A program made the translations under genes and the position numbers. A stretch of DNA of 64,000 nucleotides from a virus (taxonomy: Duplodnaviria > Heunggongvirae > Uroviricota > Caudoviricetes): positions 14,190-78,189 of the IMG/VR virus record IMGVR_UViG_3300010388_000318, one strand, 5' to 3'. The notes below the pieces were generated by a model. It did not search any database. It was not told the origin of the DNA and saw nothing but the letters and a program-made list of their open reading frames with translations. Below, one piece after another: positions 10,901 to 21,581 of this stretch (position 1 is the stretch's first letter; the number at the start of each line of letters is the position of its first letter).

Positions 10901-12413
10901 CATTGAACTGCGATGCTTCACTTGCAATAGTTGAAGGTGATTTGGTATTGATTAAGAATTGATCTACGACATAGTTACCAGATGTTTCATACTCACGCTG
11001 TGAGATGTATTCACCGATTTTATTGTAGACAGTCTGACGGTTTTGCTTATATGGTTCACCGCCATTGAATTCGGCAATGTATAGGAAGTCTTCACGAAGG
11101 TCAGCTTCAGCCTTTGTCAATGTGATAAGAGTTGGTGTAAGCTTCAGACGATTAGCACCGGGTGCAGTATAGTTAGGAGCACCAGTTGCATTGTCGAGTA
11201 GTGAAGTGTCTTGATTAGAATTAATGATCGATTCAGTAGTTTCGAAACCAACTGATACGCCATCAGGAGCATTAGAATACTTTTCGACAATCACCAATTC
11301 AGGGGCAACACGTGAGAAGTAACCCTTCTGATATACCACGCCTTCACCAACAGTCATAGCATAACCAGCACCGACAGGAGTTTCACCAGCACCAGCAATA
11401 GCAATCTGAGTTAGATAGTTCTGTGCAGTGAAGCTAGCAATTGAAATCTGATTGATTGTAGCTGTAGTAGATGTGATACCGATATATGGTGTGATGTAAT
11501 ATCCACTACCCTTCTGTGTCACGTTTACGCTCTTGATAACACCTAGTGGACCAAGAACGAGTGATGCCTTAGCTCCACTACCAATAACAGAAGATACAGT
11601 AGCAAGACTTGATGGAGTTGTGTTTGTTGTCTGTACAATGCTACCAGAGCCGAATGTCCACTTAGAAGCATCACCAGCAGCAAGATCAGCAGACTGTGGC
11701 TTGATGTTTAGGATGACAACTTGGCTGTTTGATGTGGTGTCAATATTAATAATTTGACAGTTTGCAGTACCATCAGTAACATAGTCACCTACAAAGAAAT
11801 TGTTTGCAAATGTAGTACCGAATGTGCTATTCTGAATAGCTAGAGCACTGACAATAGCAACACCATCGCTTGTTGAGAAGCCCTGTGCGCCATCATTTAC
11901 CTTGATCTTTTCGATGATGTTATCAGGATCATATACAGTTAGGATTTCGTCTGGATTAAATTGAAGCTGTTCAATTGAACCGCCCATACCATCAGATACG
12001 AAGCCTGAATTAACATAACGAATGTATAGTGTATTAAGATCAGGTGATGTGGTTTCGTAGCCGGGAACACTGGTAATAATAGTACCGACGAGAGGAATAA
12101 TGTCTGCGGAATTCTTTACGTTATAACCATTGTAGGTTGACACGACAACAGGTGTCTGATCAGTTTCAGCATCTTTAATCTTGACATACTTGAAATTGTT
12201 ATTGAAGATGATATCGCAACCATCCACAATAGTTCCAGCCTTGAAGATGTTGTCGCCAAAGCGTTCAATCTGCTTCTGCAAAATTGACTGTAGCTGATTG
12301 AGTTCACGAGCTTGAACAGACACACCGGGACGGAAAAGAATCTTATAGAAGTCCTTCGTCTCGTTGTAATCGTCAAAATATGGTGACACACTTAAGTCAG
12401 TTTGAATAGACAT
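7992..12413 (-). CDS. very large structural protein (1473 aa), tail fibre/baseplate-associated
   Basis: 4.4 kb uninterrupted ORF with beta-rich, Gly/Ser/Thr-rich composition. Confidence 0.55.
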   Translation of the reverse strand: MSIQTDLSVSPYFDDYNETKDFYKILFRPGVSVQARELNQLQSILQKQIERFGDNIFKAGTIVDGCDIIFNNNFKYVKIKDAETDQTPVVVSTYNGYNVKNSADIIPLVGTIITSVPGYETTSPDLNTLYIRYVNSGFVSDGMGGSIEQLQFNPDEILTVYDPDNIIEKIKVNDGAQGFSTSDGVAIVSALAIQNSTFGTTFANNFFVGDYVTDGTANCQIINIDTTSNSQVVILNIKPQSADLAAGDASKWTFGSGSIVQTTNTTPSSLATVSSVIGSGAKASLVLGPLGVIKSVNVTQKGSGYYITPYIGITSTTATINQISIASFTAQNYLTQIAIAGAGETPVGAGYAMTVGEGVVYQKGYFSRVAPELVIVEKYSNAPDGVSVGFETTESIINSNQDTSLLDNATGAPNYTAPGANRLKLTPTLITLTKAEADLREDFLYIAEFNGGEPYKQNRQTVYNKIGEYISQREYETSGNYVVDQFLINTKSPSTIASEASQFNVFIDPGVAYINGKRVSTINNYEIGVDKGTDFFSANPANISLNYGNYITVNEYSGNFQFNYGDLVSLHSVPYQYFTQGRVGLTPTSPSAAIGTARIRSVVYDSGVIGSGGAVYRVYLFDINLSVGSNFASTRSIFYDGVNKGVADVVLENGNAVLKDNDLSSLIFYAGNPAVKKANNISYIYRTVNTFNIATTGQMTISLGDDIFPYTGTLNSVQEKEIIITPLDTFKNATDLSGTAISLTTSTQVDGVGSANFVNELRAGDFLTLSSGGYIGQVSYIANSTQLFLTSNAATASASGGSSYALMFPKNVPISFDRSDRTMVVDATNKLLTVTLNMTTNVASQASVSYNVRAAAAAVAKTVNRNKYVRLDANTNISGNTGPWALGVPDVFRLNKVYRANANTTYVPTDAIAEDVTQHFFVDHNQNEDFYGISYLVKKPNAAIAIANNDVLLASIDYFSVSNEGAKVGGNSGTYFIDDSVSLQDSTTTINTLEIPEVFGNRGTYYDLRDQFDFRPYSTTTATPNASASLAPINPLEPTAGLRFANTTNKLFPAPDSQLTSTVEYYQGRIDRVIIDETNEFHIIKGQAGLNIEPSQPDNALTINLLKVPAYPSVPYQLSAQTVAIVDTKIANEKYVSKRLDNYRIKTTLTEADRLVTQPRGYTMEQIGKLEKRIQDLEYYTSFTLTEALAQKRTIPSFDGTDRFKFGFFVDGFEDYKYSDVSNPSYRATIVDGYLSPPLEEINIITESPDSQLELPYNEILFTGQTRATDGPVVVTPPTPTVTQVITNVVQSERNRATSDKPPYVYEEFFYTFSSLPAPIEFYMNSRDNNIAVEFFQSKTSDGPWISVKSSSVAAAITSSDVINRQLSLNGNRKIEHQGSLERKNYGPVGGFLEDQFKLLFAHDPSKGQYYKVRVYKGRKHGGLFGGQGKSGTFGYKLFYPTDTEVNLVTRDPYINYIQAYWNFNGYGYVLPV

Positions 12414-12436
12414 TTAATTAAAGACTCCGACTTCTT

Positions 12437-14491
12437 TTAAAATTGTAACACAAGCTTGACAACTTCTGTCTGATTAGCTGCACGTGTGATTGGGTTTAGA
12501 TTTTCCAAATAGAGAATTTCTCCACTGTCTGGGATCAATTCTCCGTTATATTTATTAGACACAATAAAGTACGAATTTGAAGTCATACCCTTAATCGTAC
12601 CATCAGAATTCTGGCTTGCAGTGAGGAAAGAATTCTTGACATTGGTTACATACATGGTATCATCAAGACCACCAACACTATCTACAATAGAATGGAAGAA
12701 TGCTTGTGGCTGTGAGAAACCTTCTACGCTTTCTTGTACAACAATTTCATCTTCGATAAATCCAGCTTGACTTACACTACCAACAAACTTGGTAAGCTGA
12801 TTGAAACCGCTAAATTCGTCTGCATCTCTTTCGTTGATGAATACGAATGGACGAGCAACTGTATTAGCAGCCGCTGTACAGAATGATTCCGAACCAATGA
12901 TGTTTGAGCCGATACTTAGATTTCTGGCTGCTACATTTGTCATGTTCAATTGGTTCAATGTGTATGATGTAACTTTACCGTATAGATCAGTTTCTACTAG
13001 AGTGATTGCACAGTTTGATGCAACAAATGTTGATGGCGATGTTACCTTCAATACGTTGTTCGCAGCAATTTCAGAAACAGTAGCAAAGAAGTTATCGAAA
13101 CCATTATTGATGATGATCTTGTCATTTACTCTCAATGCTTCTTCGAAGTTTACGCCAGAAGAGTAAACAACGTTATTTGCGGTTATTTGTACAGAACCAG
13201 ATAGCTTGATTGGCTTATAGCGATATACATCCTCACCAATAATAAACTGTCCAACAGTCTTTGACGTGTCCAGTAGTACAGTAACATTGGCATAGAGTGG
13301 GTCTTTGATAACGCCAAGTGTTCTATAATCATTACTTATTGAGAGTGGTGTTTCATCACCAATCAAGAAAGTATTGATGCCAACATATCTTGCATACAAT
13401 TCATTATTTACATTTAATCCATGACCGCCCTCTGGTGAAAGAATAACTCTCAGTGAAGCGTCAATAGTGACAGGCACAATATTATCTACCTGAATAGTAG
13501 CAATAGCAGAACGATATCCAGAACCAGCATTTAGGATTTCAACCTTGCTAATCGAATTCGCACTGGTAGGATCAATGATAGCACGAGCATAGCATGTAGT
13601 AGTACTTGTTCCGCTTGTGTCATATACGAATACGTTTGGATAGATTTCATACGTATCACCCGGCTTCACTACACCATTAAAGCTGCTTTCCAGTGTGATG
13701 ATCTTTTTATTTCTTTCCACATCAAATTCATAGTCTGTGATAACTCTGAACTGATTGGCTGCTTCACCAGATGTAATTTTTATAATACATCCGTTGTAGA
13801 AATTGTCAAGGCTTGACGCACTTAGTCCGATACCGTATAATAGAGAGTTCTCACCAATACGAACGCTTTCAAACTCACCTTCTGGAATATAGTTGTCGTA
13901 TCCTCTACCGCTATCGTCAATGCTGATAACATCGATAGAACCAGCAGACGCACCAGCAGTAACAGCAGGATCAATCACGACAGGCATATAGTCAACTGTT
14001 GCAAACTTAATCATAGTGTATTCGTCAACAGAGAACATGTACTTCCAGATATACCCATCACTTGGTGTTTCGAATGGATCGATATCTGTACCGTATGGTT
14101 CGACAGTTGACTTAGCGCCGTAGTTGTTGAACAGGCACTTGTAGACATAGATGAATGTGCCTGAGTTAACGGCAACATAGAATTTCTTATCAGACAAACC
14201 ACTATCGATATCATCGTACATATCATAGACAGTATCAACTGTCCAATCATAACGACGAATCATATTGGTCACATCATTGTACTTGACTCTCTTACCAAAG
14301 ATCATATCATTGTAAACATCGATCTGTGCTTTGGTCGTGTCTGATGGCATAGGAATGATGGAATCCCCATTTGCATACGGTGTATGCTTCGCAGTAAATA
14401 CGTAGTAGCTTGAATCCCTTTGTACACTAAGTACAAATGATTCGGCTGCTTCGACATTAAGTTTTTTCGTGGCGATTTGTTTTGTGCTCAT
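12437..14491 (-). CDS. baseplate/structural protein (684 aa)
   Basis: Intact ORF between the gp7-like and 1473-aa genes. Confidence 0.5.
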   Translation of the reverse strand: MSTKQIATKKLNVEAAESFVLSVQRDSSYYVFTAKHTPYANGDSIIPMPSDTTKAQIDVYNDMIFGKRVKYNDVTNMIRRYDWTVDTVYDMYDDIDSGLSDKKFYVAVNSGTFIYVYKCLFNNYGAKSTVEPYGTDIDPFETPSDGYIWKYMFSVDEYTMIKFATVDYMPVVIDPAVTAGASAGSIDVISIDDSGRGYDNYIPEGEFESVRIGENSLLYGIGLSASSLDNFYNGCIIKITSGEAANQFRVITDYEFDVERNKKIITLESSFNGVVKPGDTYEIYPNVFVYDTSGTSTTTCYARAIIDPTSANSISKVEILNAGSGYRSAIATIQVDNIVPVTIDASLRVILSPEGGHGLNVNNELYARYVGINTFLIGDETPLSISNDYRTLGVIKDPLYANVTVLLDTSKTVGQFIIGEDVYRYKPIKLSGSVQITANNVVYSSGVNFEEALRVNDKIIINNGFDNFFATVSEIAANNVLKVTSPSTFVASNCAITLVETDLYGKVTSYTLNQLNMTNVAARNLSIGSNIIGSESFCTAAANTVARPFVFINERDADEFSGFNQLTKFVGSVSQAGFIEDEIVVQESVEGFSQPQAFFHSIVDSVGGLDDTMYVTNVKNSFLTASQNSDGTIKGMTSNSYFIVSNKYNGELIPDSGEILYLENLNPITRAANQTEVVKLVLQF

Positions 14492-14541
14492 AACTATATT
14501 TATGTCTCTAAATGGGGTTGTTATGGTATTTATTATGTCAA

Positions 14542-17500
14542 TTAATCTCTAATTTCAATATATTCAATACCACGATCCTGTACGTAGATATCTTGACGAT
14601 CTTCAACAGTTAGTGGTGAGATTGGTAGAATTTCAACTGTATTGGCAGTCAAGCTATGGCTAGCAATACCTACATTTGTGTTTGAAACTGTATCGATCAC
14701 AACAGTACCGAAGAAGCGAGTACCAGCAGTATGCATTACCTTCTTAAACATATCGGCATACTTATCCAGAGGTAGTCTTGACATAACATCATATGAGTAT
14801 TCTTGATAGTAATCACCATCGTGAATCTTTGATATGTTGCTCAGGAAGCCCTTAGATGTTTTATAGAAGCCACTACCAGTACCAATGCCTTGAACGATTG
14901 CACGTGCTGTGCCTGATCTTTCTCCATCCTCAGAGCTAAACACAAGTGTCTGGTTGTTGCTGTAGCCATATCCAGAGTCGATCACCTGTAGACTTGTTAC
15001 AACGCCATTTGCACTAAAAGCAGAGCCTTCAATCTGTGCATTAAATCCAATTGGATATCTACCAGTGAATTCTTCGATTTGAATTAGGTTTGCAGTAACA
15101 CCAGTAGATGAACCAGTTAGCGTTTTGTTTAATTCAAACTTATTATCGAATTGCTGTCTCTTCACATATACTGTGTTAGCACCGCTAATATCCACTACCA
15201 TGCCTTTAGCAACAGTTGGAACCAGAACAGAAGCAACACTATTCACATTGGTTGTGTTGGTCGCTGAAGCATAGCTATAGACGTTACCAGCAATATTGAA
15301 TATGCCATTACTAACCTTATTGACAACGATTACATTTGTGGTAGGGTATTCGACTGAGAACACGGTACCAACCGCACCAGATGAATACTGGAATACTTTT
15401 TCACCAACTCTGAATGCTTGTGGATTGGCCACCTGCATGTTATAACGTGTGTCTGAAATTGATTGCTGTACCTGCTCACCAATAACAAATTGATTGGTAG
15501 CATCCTTTACGGTGAAAACATAATCATTATAATCATAGTTGCCAACATATGGCTGATATGCTCTTACGACAGGAGCCGAAGAATAATTCTCGCCGGGGTT
15601 GATTTCAGACAATGTTTTAATCGTACCGATTGACAGATTAGCAAACGACAAGCACGAGAAGATAGACGAAGACACATTACCAGTTTGGAATTGTTCGAAA
15701 CCAAACTCCATAGCATTCAATGGAACATCTAGGAATGACTGATTTGCTGTTGTGATAGGATGATTGATACCAGCAACCAAATCAGAATTGACTTGAATTG
15801 TCTCTGTCTCTACAATAGTTCCCACCTTAAAGTCAGCACCACTTCCTCCACTGATCGATACGATATCAGCAATAGTTCCTGTCTGACTTCCATATAGCTT
15901 TGCAATACTTGATACGTTGTATTCGCTGTCTGTATTATACACAGAAACAAATAGGCTTATGTTAGATACAACAGCAGTCACATCTTCTTTGCCTACAAAA
16001 AGAATAGGCTTGCCAATCTTAAAGAAGCCCATCATATCGGATAGGTTGAGAATACCACTTGTCAGATTTAAATCAATATTTGAAATCTTTGCTCTACCGA
16101 TTTCAATGCCCTCATCATTAAGCTGATAGATTTCATCAAATCTGTTGATAATTCCAATAATATTATTGATATTCATCGTAGCAGTAGTAGAGATATCAAG
16201 AACTTTACCTGATGCTGAAGAATCTTCTACAGTATTGACACCAGCATTAATTGTTGGATTTGTGATTTGATAGATGCTATCACCAACAGCCATACTGTAA
16301 TTATTGGCCACGACCATAGTAATCTGACCGTTGCTGTAGATGTTGACATTGTTATCTATCACTTGACCATAAGAAACATCATATGCAGTACTATTTGCAA
16401 TTCTGATTACATCACCGACAGAGAACTGTGCGCCGTTAGCGATACCAACATATTCAATTGTTGCACGGTTTTGTTTAAATTCTTCGAACACCTTGAAGAA
16501 GCTGCTTAGGTATGATTCTTTGAATAGAGGAACTACACTACCATTGATCCCAGATGGTGATGAGATATCGACTGTGTAATCATTACCGAAGAAGCCGCCA
16601 CTCTGTTCCATGATGGTAGCATATTGCATTGCACCACCAAAGTTTGTGATTGGTCTAAACTTGGCACTGCCATATTGTGAACTGATTGTGATTATATCAC
16701 TATTGCTGTAATTGGTACCAGCCGCCAAGATATGAACCGCACCAACAGCATTAGAGCTTTGAACGTTTGAAACCAGAATTGTATTATCAGTGATCAGTGA
16801 CTGTGTTCTGTCAAGTGCTTCAGCGCCAACAATACCACGTGATACAGAATATCCGTATCCACCCTCTAGAAGAATGAATTCTACTACGCCACGCTCATCA
16901 TCGAATACAGATGAAACACGTGCTTGGCCATAGTCACCAGTTTCTGTAGTGAATGATACGATATCACCAACTGCAAATTCTTTTGAACCTGTTACGATAT
17001 TGACAGCAGTCAATGAGCCTAGAACACGTGGAGAATCAGCATATGGCTTTTCACTCTTACGATAAAGTGTTTCACGATTTGTGAAGTCGCCTTGAACGTT
17101 TGTCAAGTAAAGAATATGAACAAAGCCATTGTTGACTTTTCTCTTGATATAGCGTTCAACAAATGCCTCTGCACCAGATGTGATACCCTTGATCAGTGTA
17201 CCGACAAGTGATACCGCTCTCTGTGGATTGGCACCAGTGATTTCAAGGTACTGTGGCTTTACCCATGTGCCTTCAGATAGCTTGAATAGATTATCACCCG
17301 GGTAAACAACCTGACTGTTGTATCCATACACCAGACGAAAGAATAGATCGATTGAACGAGAAGTACCCTTAGAGCGATATAGATCAAGAGAGTTCTTGAC
17401 CAACATACGCTTGTTAGTTTCTGTTTCAAATTCAATATTCTTTAAATATTTCTCTTTGAACTGTGTGATGAAAATGTCAAGGGTGCTGTCAATGTCACGA

Positions 17501-17886
17501 ATGTTTGGTAGATTTCTCGACATGAATATGCTACCAAGTCTTTTGGTAGAACCACCTCTTAAGATGTATGTACTGCCACCACTTGAGCTAGTCACTGGAA
17601 TAAGCTCTGAGCACATGTTAAAGCACTTGAAGGTTTCTAGCCCATCTACCTTGATCAGTAGATCAGTACCAACAAACGCAACGACTGTTCCCGTTACATT
17701 ATCTTGTGTGATAACATCACCAACATTGAAGTTAGTGTTGTCTTCCAATTGAAGAACCTGATGGTTTGTTTCAAGCCATTCATAGTAGGCTTTGACAAAC
17801 ATAATAAAGTTCGGTCCCTCATCCTTATAGAAGGATGGGAACATATTCTGAATTAGTGGGGATATTTTTTGTTCAATATCTTGCAT
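14542..17886 (-). CDS. baseplate wedge protein, gp7-like by position (1114 aa)
   Basis: Immediately downstream of the gp6 homolog, as in the T4 order 6-7-8; size close to T4 gp7. Sequence similarity was not checked. Confidence 0.45.
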   Translation of the reverse strand: MQDIEQKISPLIQNMFPSFYKDEGPNFIMFVKAYYEWLETNHQVLQLEDNTNFNVGDVITQDNVTGTVVAFVGTDLLIKVDGLETFKCFNMCSELIPVTSSSGGSTYILRGGSTKRLGSIFMSRNLPNIRDIDSTLDIFITQFKEKYLKNIEFETETNKRMLVKNSLDLYRSKGTSRSIDLFFRLVYGYNSQVVYPGDNLFKLSEGTWVKPQYLEITGANPQRAVSLVGTLIKGITSGAEAFVERYIKRKVNNGFVHILYLTNVQGDFTNRETLYRKSEKPYADSPRVLGSLTAVNIVTGSKEFAVGDIVSFTTETGDYGQARVSSVFDDERGVVEFILLEGGYGYSVSRGIVGAEALDRTQSLITDNTILVSNVQSSNAVGAVHILAAGTNYSNSDIITISSQYGSAKFRPITNFGGAMQYATIMEQSGGFFGNDYTVDISSPSGINGSVVPLFKESYLSSFFKVFEEFKQNRATIEYVGIANGAQFSVGDVIRIANSTAYDVSYGQVIDNNVNIYSNGQITMVVANNYSMAVGDSIYQITNPTINAGVNTVEDSSASGKVLDISTTATMNINNIIGIINRFDEIYQLNDEGIEIGRAKISNIDLNLTSGILNLSDMMGFFKIGKPILFVGKEDVTAVVSNISLFVSVYNTDSEYNVSSIAKLYGSQTGTIADIVSISGGSGADFKVGTIVETETIQVNSDLVAGINHPITTANQSFLDVPLNAMEFGFEQFQTGNVSSSIFSCLSFANLSIGTIKTLSEINPGENYSSAPVVRAYQPYVGNYDYNDYVFTVKDATNQFVIGEQVQQSISDTRYNMQVANPQAFRVGEKVFQYSSGAVGTVFSVEYPTTNVIVVNKVSNGIFNIAGNVYSYASATNTTNVNSVASVLVPTVAKGMVVDISGANTVYVKRQQFDNKFELNKTLTGSSTGVTANLIQIEEFTGRYPIGFNAQIEGSAFSANGVVTSLQVIDSGYGYSNNQTLVFSSEDGERSGTARAIVQGIGTGSGFYKTSKGFLSNISKIHDGDYYQEYSYDVMSRLPLDKYADMFKKVMHTAGTRFFGTVVIDTVSNTNVGIASHSLTANTVEILPISPLTVEDRQDIYVQDRGIEYIEIRD

Positions 17887-17889
17887 TAA

Positions 17890-19677
17890 TTATGCCCTGA
17901 CAGCGACTGCGGTGATTTCAACGTCTTCTTCGATAATATTTAGGATAACATTATTGATGGTTGAAATGTCTTTGTTCTTTGGTGCAGCGTAAATCTTGAT
18001 GCCAGCACCAACATACGAATCAATTTTGAAATTAGAAAACTGTAGCAATCCACTATCATAATCGATCACGCCAACAGTTTCAATGAACTGACCAGTTGAC
18101 GCAGAATATACCTGAATGGAGCTAATGCCATCATCCTTCAGTACAGCCTTATTGCCCTTGTAATTAAACACGGTTGATGATATAGAATATCCTAGTCCAT
18201 CTGAGCCATAAATGATACCCAATGGAATACGGAAATTAACGTCAAATGTCAACAGCGTTCCTGTCTCAGGTGTGATAACTTTGATGATGCTGATATTGGT
18301 TTCATTGGAGATGATAGATGACTGTGAATTGTCAATAGCCTGTATCATCTTTGAATAGCGGAAGATACGATTGAAGTTATTCAAGTTAAGCTGTGCATAA
18401 TCGATGATAGCAGACTTTGTGATTGTCTTGATATCTTCGCTTGACAGACGAGTAACATTTACGTTATAGTTAACAATTGAATTGACTTGAATGTATGTGT
18501 ACTCAGGATCAACAAACACTGGATCAATTGAAACTGGTGAACGTGGCTTCAAGAAGTTATAGTACTGATCAATCTTTACCTGTGGAAGGCTGTCAAGCTC
18601 ATTAAGATCAACAGCAACAAACACCTTACCAAACTGTGGTGGGTCAAGGTTCTCACCGCCGTATGCAGTAACAGCATTGACTTCAGGGAAGTTAATTCTC
18701 AATAGTGTTTCATAGTCTTCTGTGGTGATCGCACGTTCCTGTGTATTAAAGTGACGTGGAGCATTATACTTAATTGATTCGAGTGTTTCACTGATCGCAC
18801 CACCAGTAGAAAGTTCATTGGTAGTAACTGTGATATCTGTTTCGTCATCAATTGCCGCATCTGGTGTAAATACTCTACATCCATTTGGTAGCTCACCGTT
18901 AGATATACGATATTCTACTGTAATGACTGAGTTGTTCTTTGGCTTTCTGCCATTGATGCCGTCACCGAAAACAATTTCATAACTATCGTTCTCAGCACCT
19001 TGCACAAAGAATACAGGTGAAGAAGAATTAATATCAAATAGTGATTGTGCTCTATTGTAAGATAGGATTGTTGAACCCATATCTTCTGTTACTGTAACAG
19101 TTATAGATGAAATGTCAACATTTTTATTTGAAATGATGAAACGTTGTGGCGATGAAGATGAATACGTATAGGTGTCCGCTACGTAATATCCTTCGTAGAT
19201 AGGAATATTTGTGCCAGTAAATGTTAGTTGTGTTCTATTGCTGTTAATGGTATAATCAGAGATGATAATATTTTCAGCAGTAGAGAAGGTAAAGCTACTA
19301 GCACCAAAACGTGAGGTGAAAGTATAACCCTTAGGAACAACGAGTGAACGCTTGTTTAAGACAGAACTATTGACTGTAATATTTACATTGGCTTGTGAAG
19401 ACTTGAACGAGCGAGGAACATAATTGAGTTCCTTGGCATGTGATACTACACTGTCACGAAGCTGAGCAGAGTCGAGGAACATTTCGCTGCCTACCATGTT
19501 TAAGTAGAATGCGTTATGGAATGTATTATATGATAGAACGTCAAGCAACACAGACATGTTACTGCCATCAAAATCATAATCTTTAAATCTATCTTGTGTT
19601 TTTAGATACGTCTTGAACGTATTCTTGATCGTATCAAAGTCAAGACTTGATAGAATAATTGAAGAGTTAGCTGACAT
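17890..19677 (-). CDS. 6: baseplate wedge protein gp6 homolog
   Basis: N-terminus FKDYDFDGSNMSVLLDVLSYNTFHNAFY and LRDSVVSHAKELNYVP align with T4 gp6 (FLDYDFEGSRLNVLCDLLAYNTLY, LRSSVVQAAQDNGYLP). Confidence 0.7.
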   Translation of the reverse strand: MSANSSIILSSLDFDTIKNTFKTYLKTQDRFKDYDFDGSNMSVLLDVLSYNTFHNAFYLNMVGSEMFLDSAQLRDSVVSHAKELNYVPRSFKSSQANVNITVNSSVLNKRSLVVPKGYTFTSRFGASSFTFSTAENIIISDYTINSNRTQLTFTGTNIPIYEGYYVADTYTYSSSSPQRFIISNKNVDISSITVTVTEDMGSTILSYNRAQSLFDINSSSPVFFVQGAENDSYEIVFGDGINGRKPKNNSVITVEYRISNGELPNGCRVFTPDAAIDDETDITVTTNELSTGGAISETLESIKYNAPRHFNTQERAITTEDYETLLRINFPEVNAVTAYGGENLDPPQFGKVFVAVDLNELDSLPQVKIDQYYNFLKPRSPVSIDPVFVDPEYTYIQVNSIVNYNVNVTRLSSEDIKTITKSAIIDYAQLNLNNFNRIFRYSKMIQAIDNSQSSIISNETNISIIKVITPETGTLLTFDVNFRIPLGIIYGSDGLGYSISSTVFNYKGNKAVLKDDGISSIQVYSASTGQFIETVGVIDYDSGLLQFSNFKIDSYVGAGIKIYAAPKNKDISTINNVILNIIEEDVEITAVAVRA

Positions 19678-20099
19678 TATCTGATCCTGTCGAGTGCGAT
19701 ATTAAATGAAGTTGGTTCTTGTTTATTTATAACCATGATTGTGACGCTTACGACATATCGATTGTTGTCTTCGTCAGGAATGACATTCACAGAAAGTAGT
19801 CTTGCACGAGGCTCAAAGTCAAATATTGTTTCCTTGACAAAATCAGAAATGTTTTGAGCAGTCATGTCATTGATTGGTTCAAACAACATCTTTCTAATAT
19901 TAGAACCGATATTTGGTTGATATAGTCTTTCATTACGATCAGTTAACAATAGGTTACGAATAGTACGAATTACTGCATTCTCATTAGTGAACTTCACGAT
20001 ATCCATAGATACTGGATGAGGCGTTAAATCAGTCGTGAAATCGCTGTAGGCTTGGCTATCCCTACTCATTGCTTTAAATCTGTCGTTTCTATTAGCCAT
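19677..20099 (-). CDS. 25: baseplate wedge protein gp25/GPW-like
   Basis: 140 aa; RLLSVNVIPDEDNNRYVVSVTIMVIN matches T4 gp25 KLAVNVIPVYDDYTLIVEIRFSVID. Precedes gp6 as in T4-like phages. Confidence 0.6.
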   Translation of the reverse strand: MANRNDRFKAMSRDSQAYSDFTTDLTPHPVSMDIVKFTNENAVIRTIRNLLLTDRNERLYQPNIGSNIRKMLFEPINDMTAQNISDFVKETIFDFEPRARLLSVNVIPDEDNNRYVVSVTIMVINKQEPTSFNIALDRIR

Positions 20100-20111
20100 T
20101 TAATTTCTCTT

Positions 20112-21578
20112 TTATGGAATTGTTACTGGATCAGAATCAACCGCTAGTGTATAGCGAGTAGACGAAGCAATAACCTTACACTTAATTTGCTGTCCAACAT
20201 CACCGGATACAACCAAATAAGAACTGTTTGCACTTGACACCATGCTAGTTCCACTGAACCACTGATAGTCATACTTCGTAGGAACGAAACCTACCCATGT
20301 ACCAGTAGAGCATTCTAGTCTACTACCAACAGATAGTGACCCTGAGATAACAGGTTCATTACCTGACTGTACAGTATAAACAACCGGACCAATCTCATTT
20401 GACTTGACTTCAATCGATCCTGCTTTATTGTCACCTGTCACCAAGCAATATAGGTTATATTCGATATCATCCATGGTAGGTGAATATGTGAAGGTGTTAG
20501 CATTATAGATTGGATTGCCTTCACGGAACCACTGAGCACTATACGTCATCTCTGAATTGCTTGTCCACACACCAGTGTTGCATGATACTGTGTTGCCTAC
20601 AGCAGCAATACCAGACGCAACAGGAAGCACGTCATTCACTGGTGGAAGAGCTTCAACAAACGCTTGGTTCTCTGCCTTATATGTTTCGAATGCACCACTG
20701 CTAACACTAGCTGTAAAGCTCTCAATACTATCAGTAGCAATCACAGGTGCGATGCCTGTAATAGTTTCCATCTGTGTTTGTGCATTTCCGATATCGCTCA
20801 AGCTACTATTAACACTACCAAACAATTCTGTTCTAAGATCATTAGCTGCATCAAGAGCTTCTTCAATTGAACGGTATGCAGTTATTGCATCGCCCAATGC
20901 TCGAAAACCAGATGCTCCTACTGCATTACAGATTTCATTAGCGATCTTTTCTGCAATCTTTCTTTCAAGTCTTCTTACTACACTTTGTCTTGCGCTTTTA
21001 CTTAAGAATGTTCTTTCGATATCCGAAATACAGGCTTTTATTCTTGGCAGAACATTTTTAATTTCAATAACCAATTCAGTAACTGCTCTAATCAATCCAA
21101 TGATCTGCACCGTATATTTGATAGCAGCCTCAAGTGTTGGAATGATAGTTCCAGTTACAAGCTTTCCTAGCCACTTCACAATACCAGTAGGTGTTGGACT
21201 TGGCAAAGAAGTAATACCTAGAGTTCTCTTTAATAGTTCTAGTTGTTCTTTTGCCGCTTTTTCTGCTTGCTTTTTAAGTTCGTCTAGGTGCTGCCTGATG
21301 ATAAGTTTAAGTGCATTACAGTCAACAGTTGATCTAATCTGTTGTGTCAACTCTCGAATACGTTTTGTGTTGACAACAAGAGTATCTTCTTGACTGCTTT
21401 CAATCTTATTACCACGAGCGGCTTCACATGGATTAGGAATGTTTGGTACTCTTGGCACCTCTATAATCAATTTGCTTATGTCTGGGAGTGGCGGCAATGG
21501 TTGTCCTGCAATAAGCCCTTGCTCATTGAGAAGTGTTGACGGTCCAGAAGCTGTAGGTGGCACACTTGCCATATTCAA
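20112..21578 (-). CDS. structural protein with two C-terminal Ig-like repeats (488 aa)
   Basis: Two ~80-aa repeats (C.TG.W...Y.YQWF...) at the C-terminus; coiled-coil-like middle region. Confidence 0.45.
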   Translation of the reverse strand: MNMASVPPTASGPSTLLNEQGLIAGQPLPPLPDISKLIIEVPRVPNIPNPCEAARGNKIESSQEDTLVVNTKRIRELTQQIRSTVDCNALKLIIRQHLDELKKQAEKAAKEQLELLKRTLGITSLPSPTPTGIVKWLGKLVTGTIIPTLEAAIKYTVQIIGLIRAVTELVIEIKNVLPRIKACISDIERTFLSKSARQSVVRRLERKIAEKIANEICNAVGASGFRALGDAITAYRSIEEALDAANDLRTELFGSVNSSLSDIGNAQTQMETITGIAPVIATDSIESFTASVSSGAFETYKAENQAFVEALPPVNDVLPVASGIAAVGNTVSCNTGVWTSNSEMTYSAQWFREGNPIYNANTFTYSPTMDDIEYNLYCLVTGDNKAGSIEVKSNEIGPVVYTVQSGNEPVISGSLSVGSRLECSTGTWVGFVPTKYDYQWFSGTSMVSSANSSYLVVSGDVGQQIKCKVIASSTRYTLAVDSDPVTIP

Positions 21579-21581
21579 TCC

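Noticed and set aside
14481-14541. Second candidate late promoter (plus tatatttatg, i.e. minus CATAAATATA)
   Set aside because: Only 7/8 match to TATAAATA, and it lies inside a short gap where read-through from the upstream operon is equally likely. Too weak to call.
20557-21393. 278-aa plus-strand ORF inside the 488-aa minus-strand structural gene
   Set aside because: Antisense to a well-supported gene in a tightly packed minus-strand operon; hydrophobic/Leu-Ser-rich composition typical of antisense AT-rich frames.
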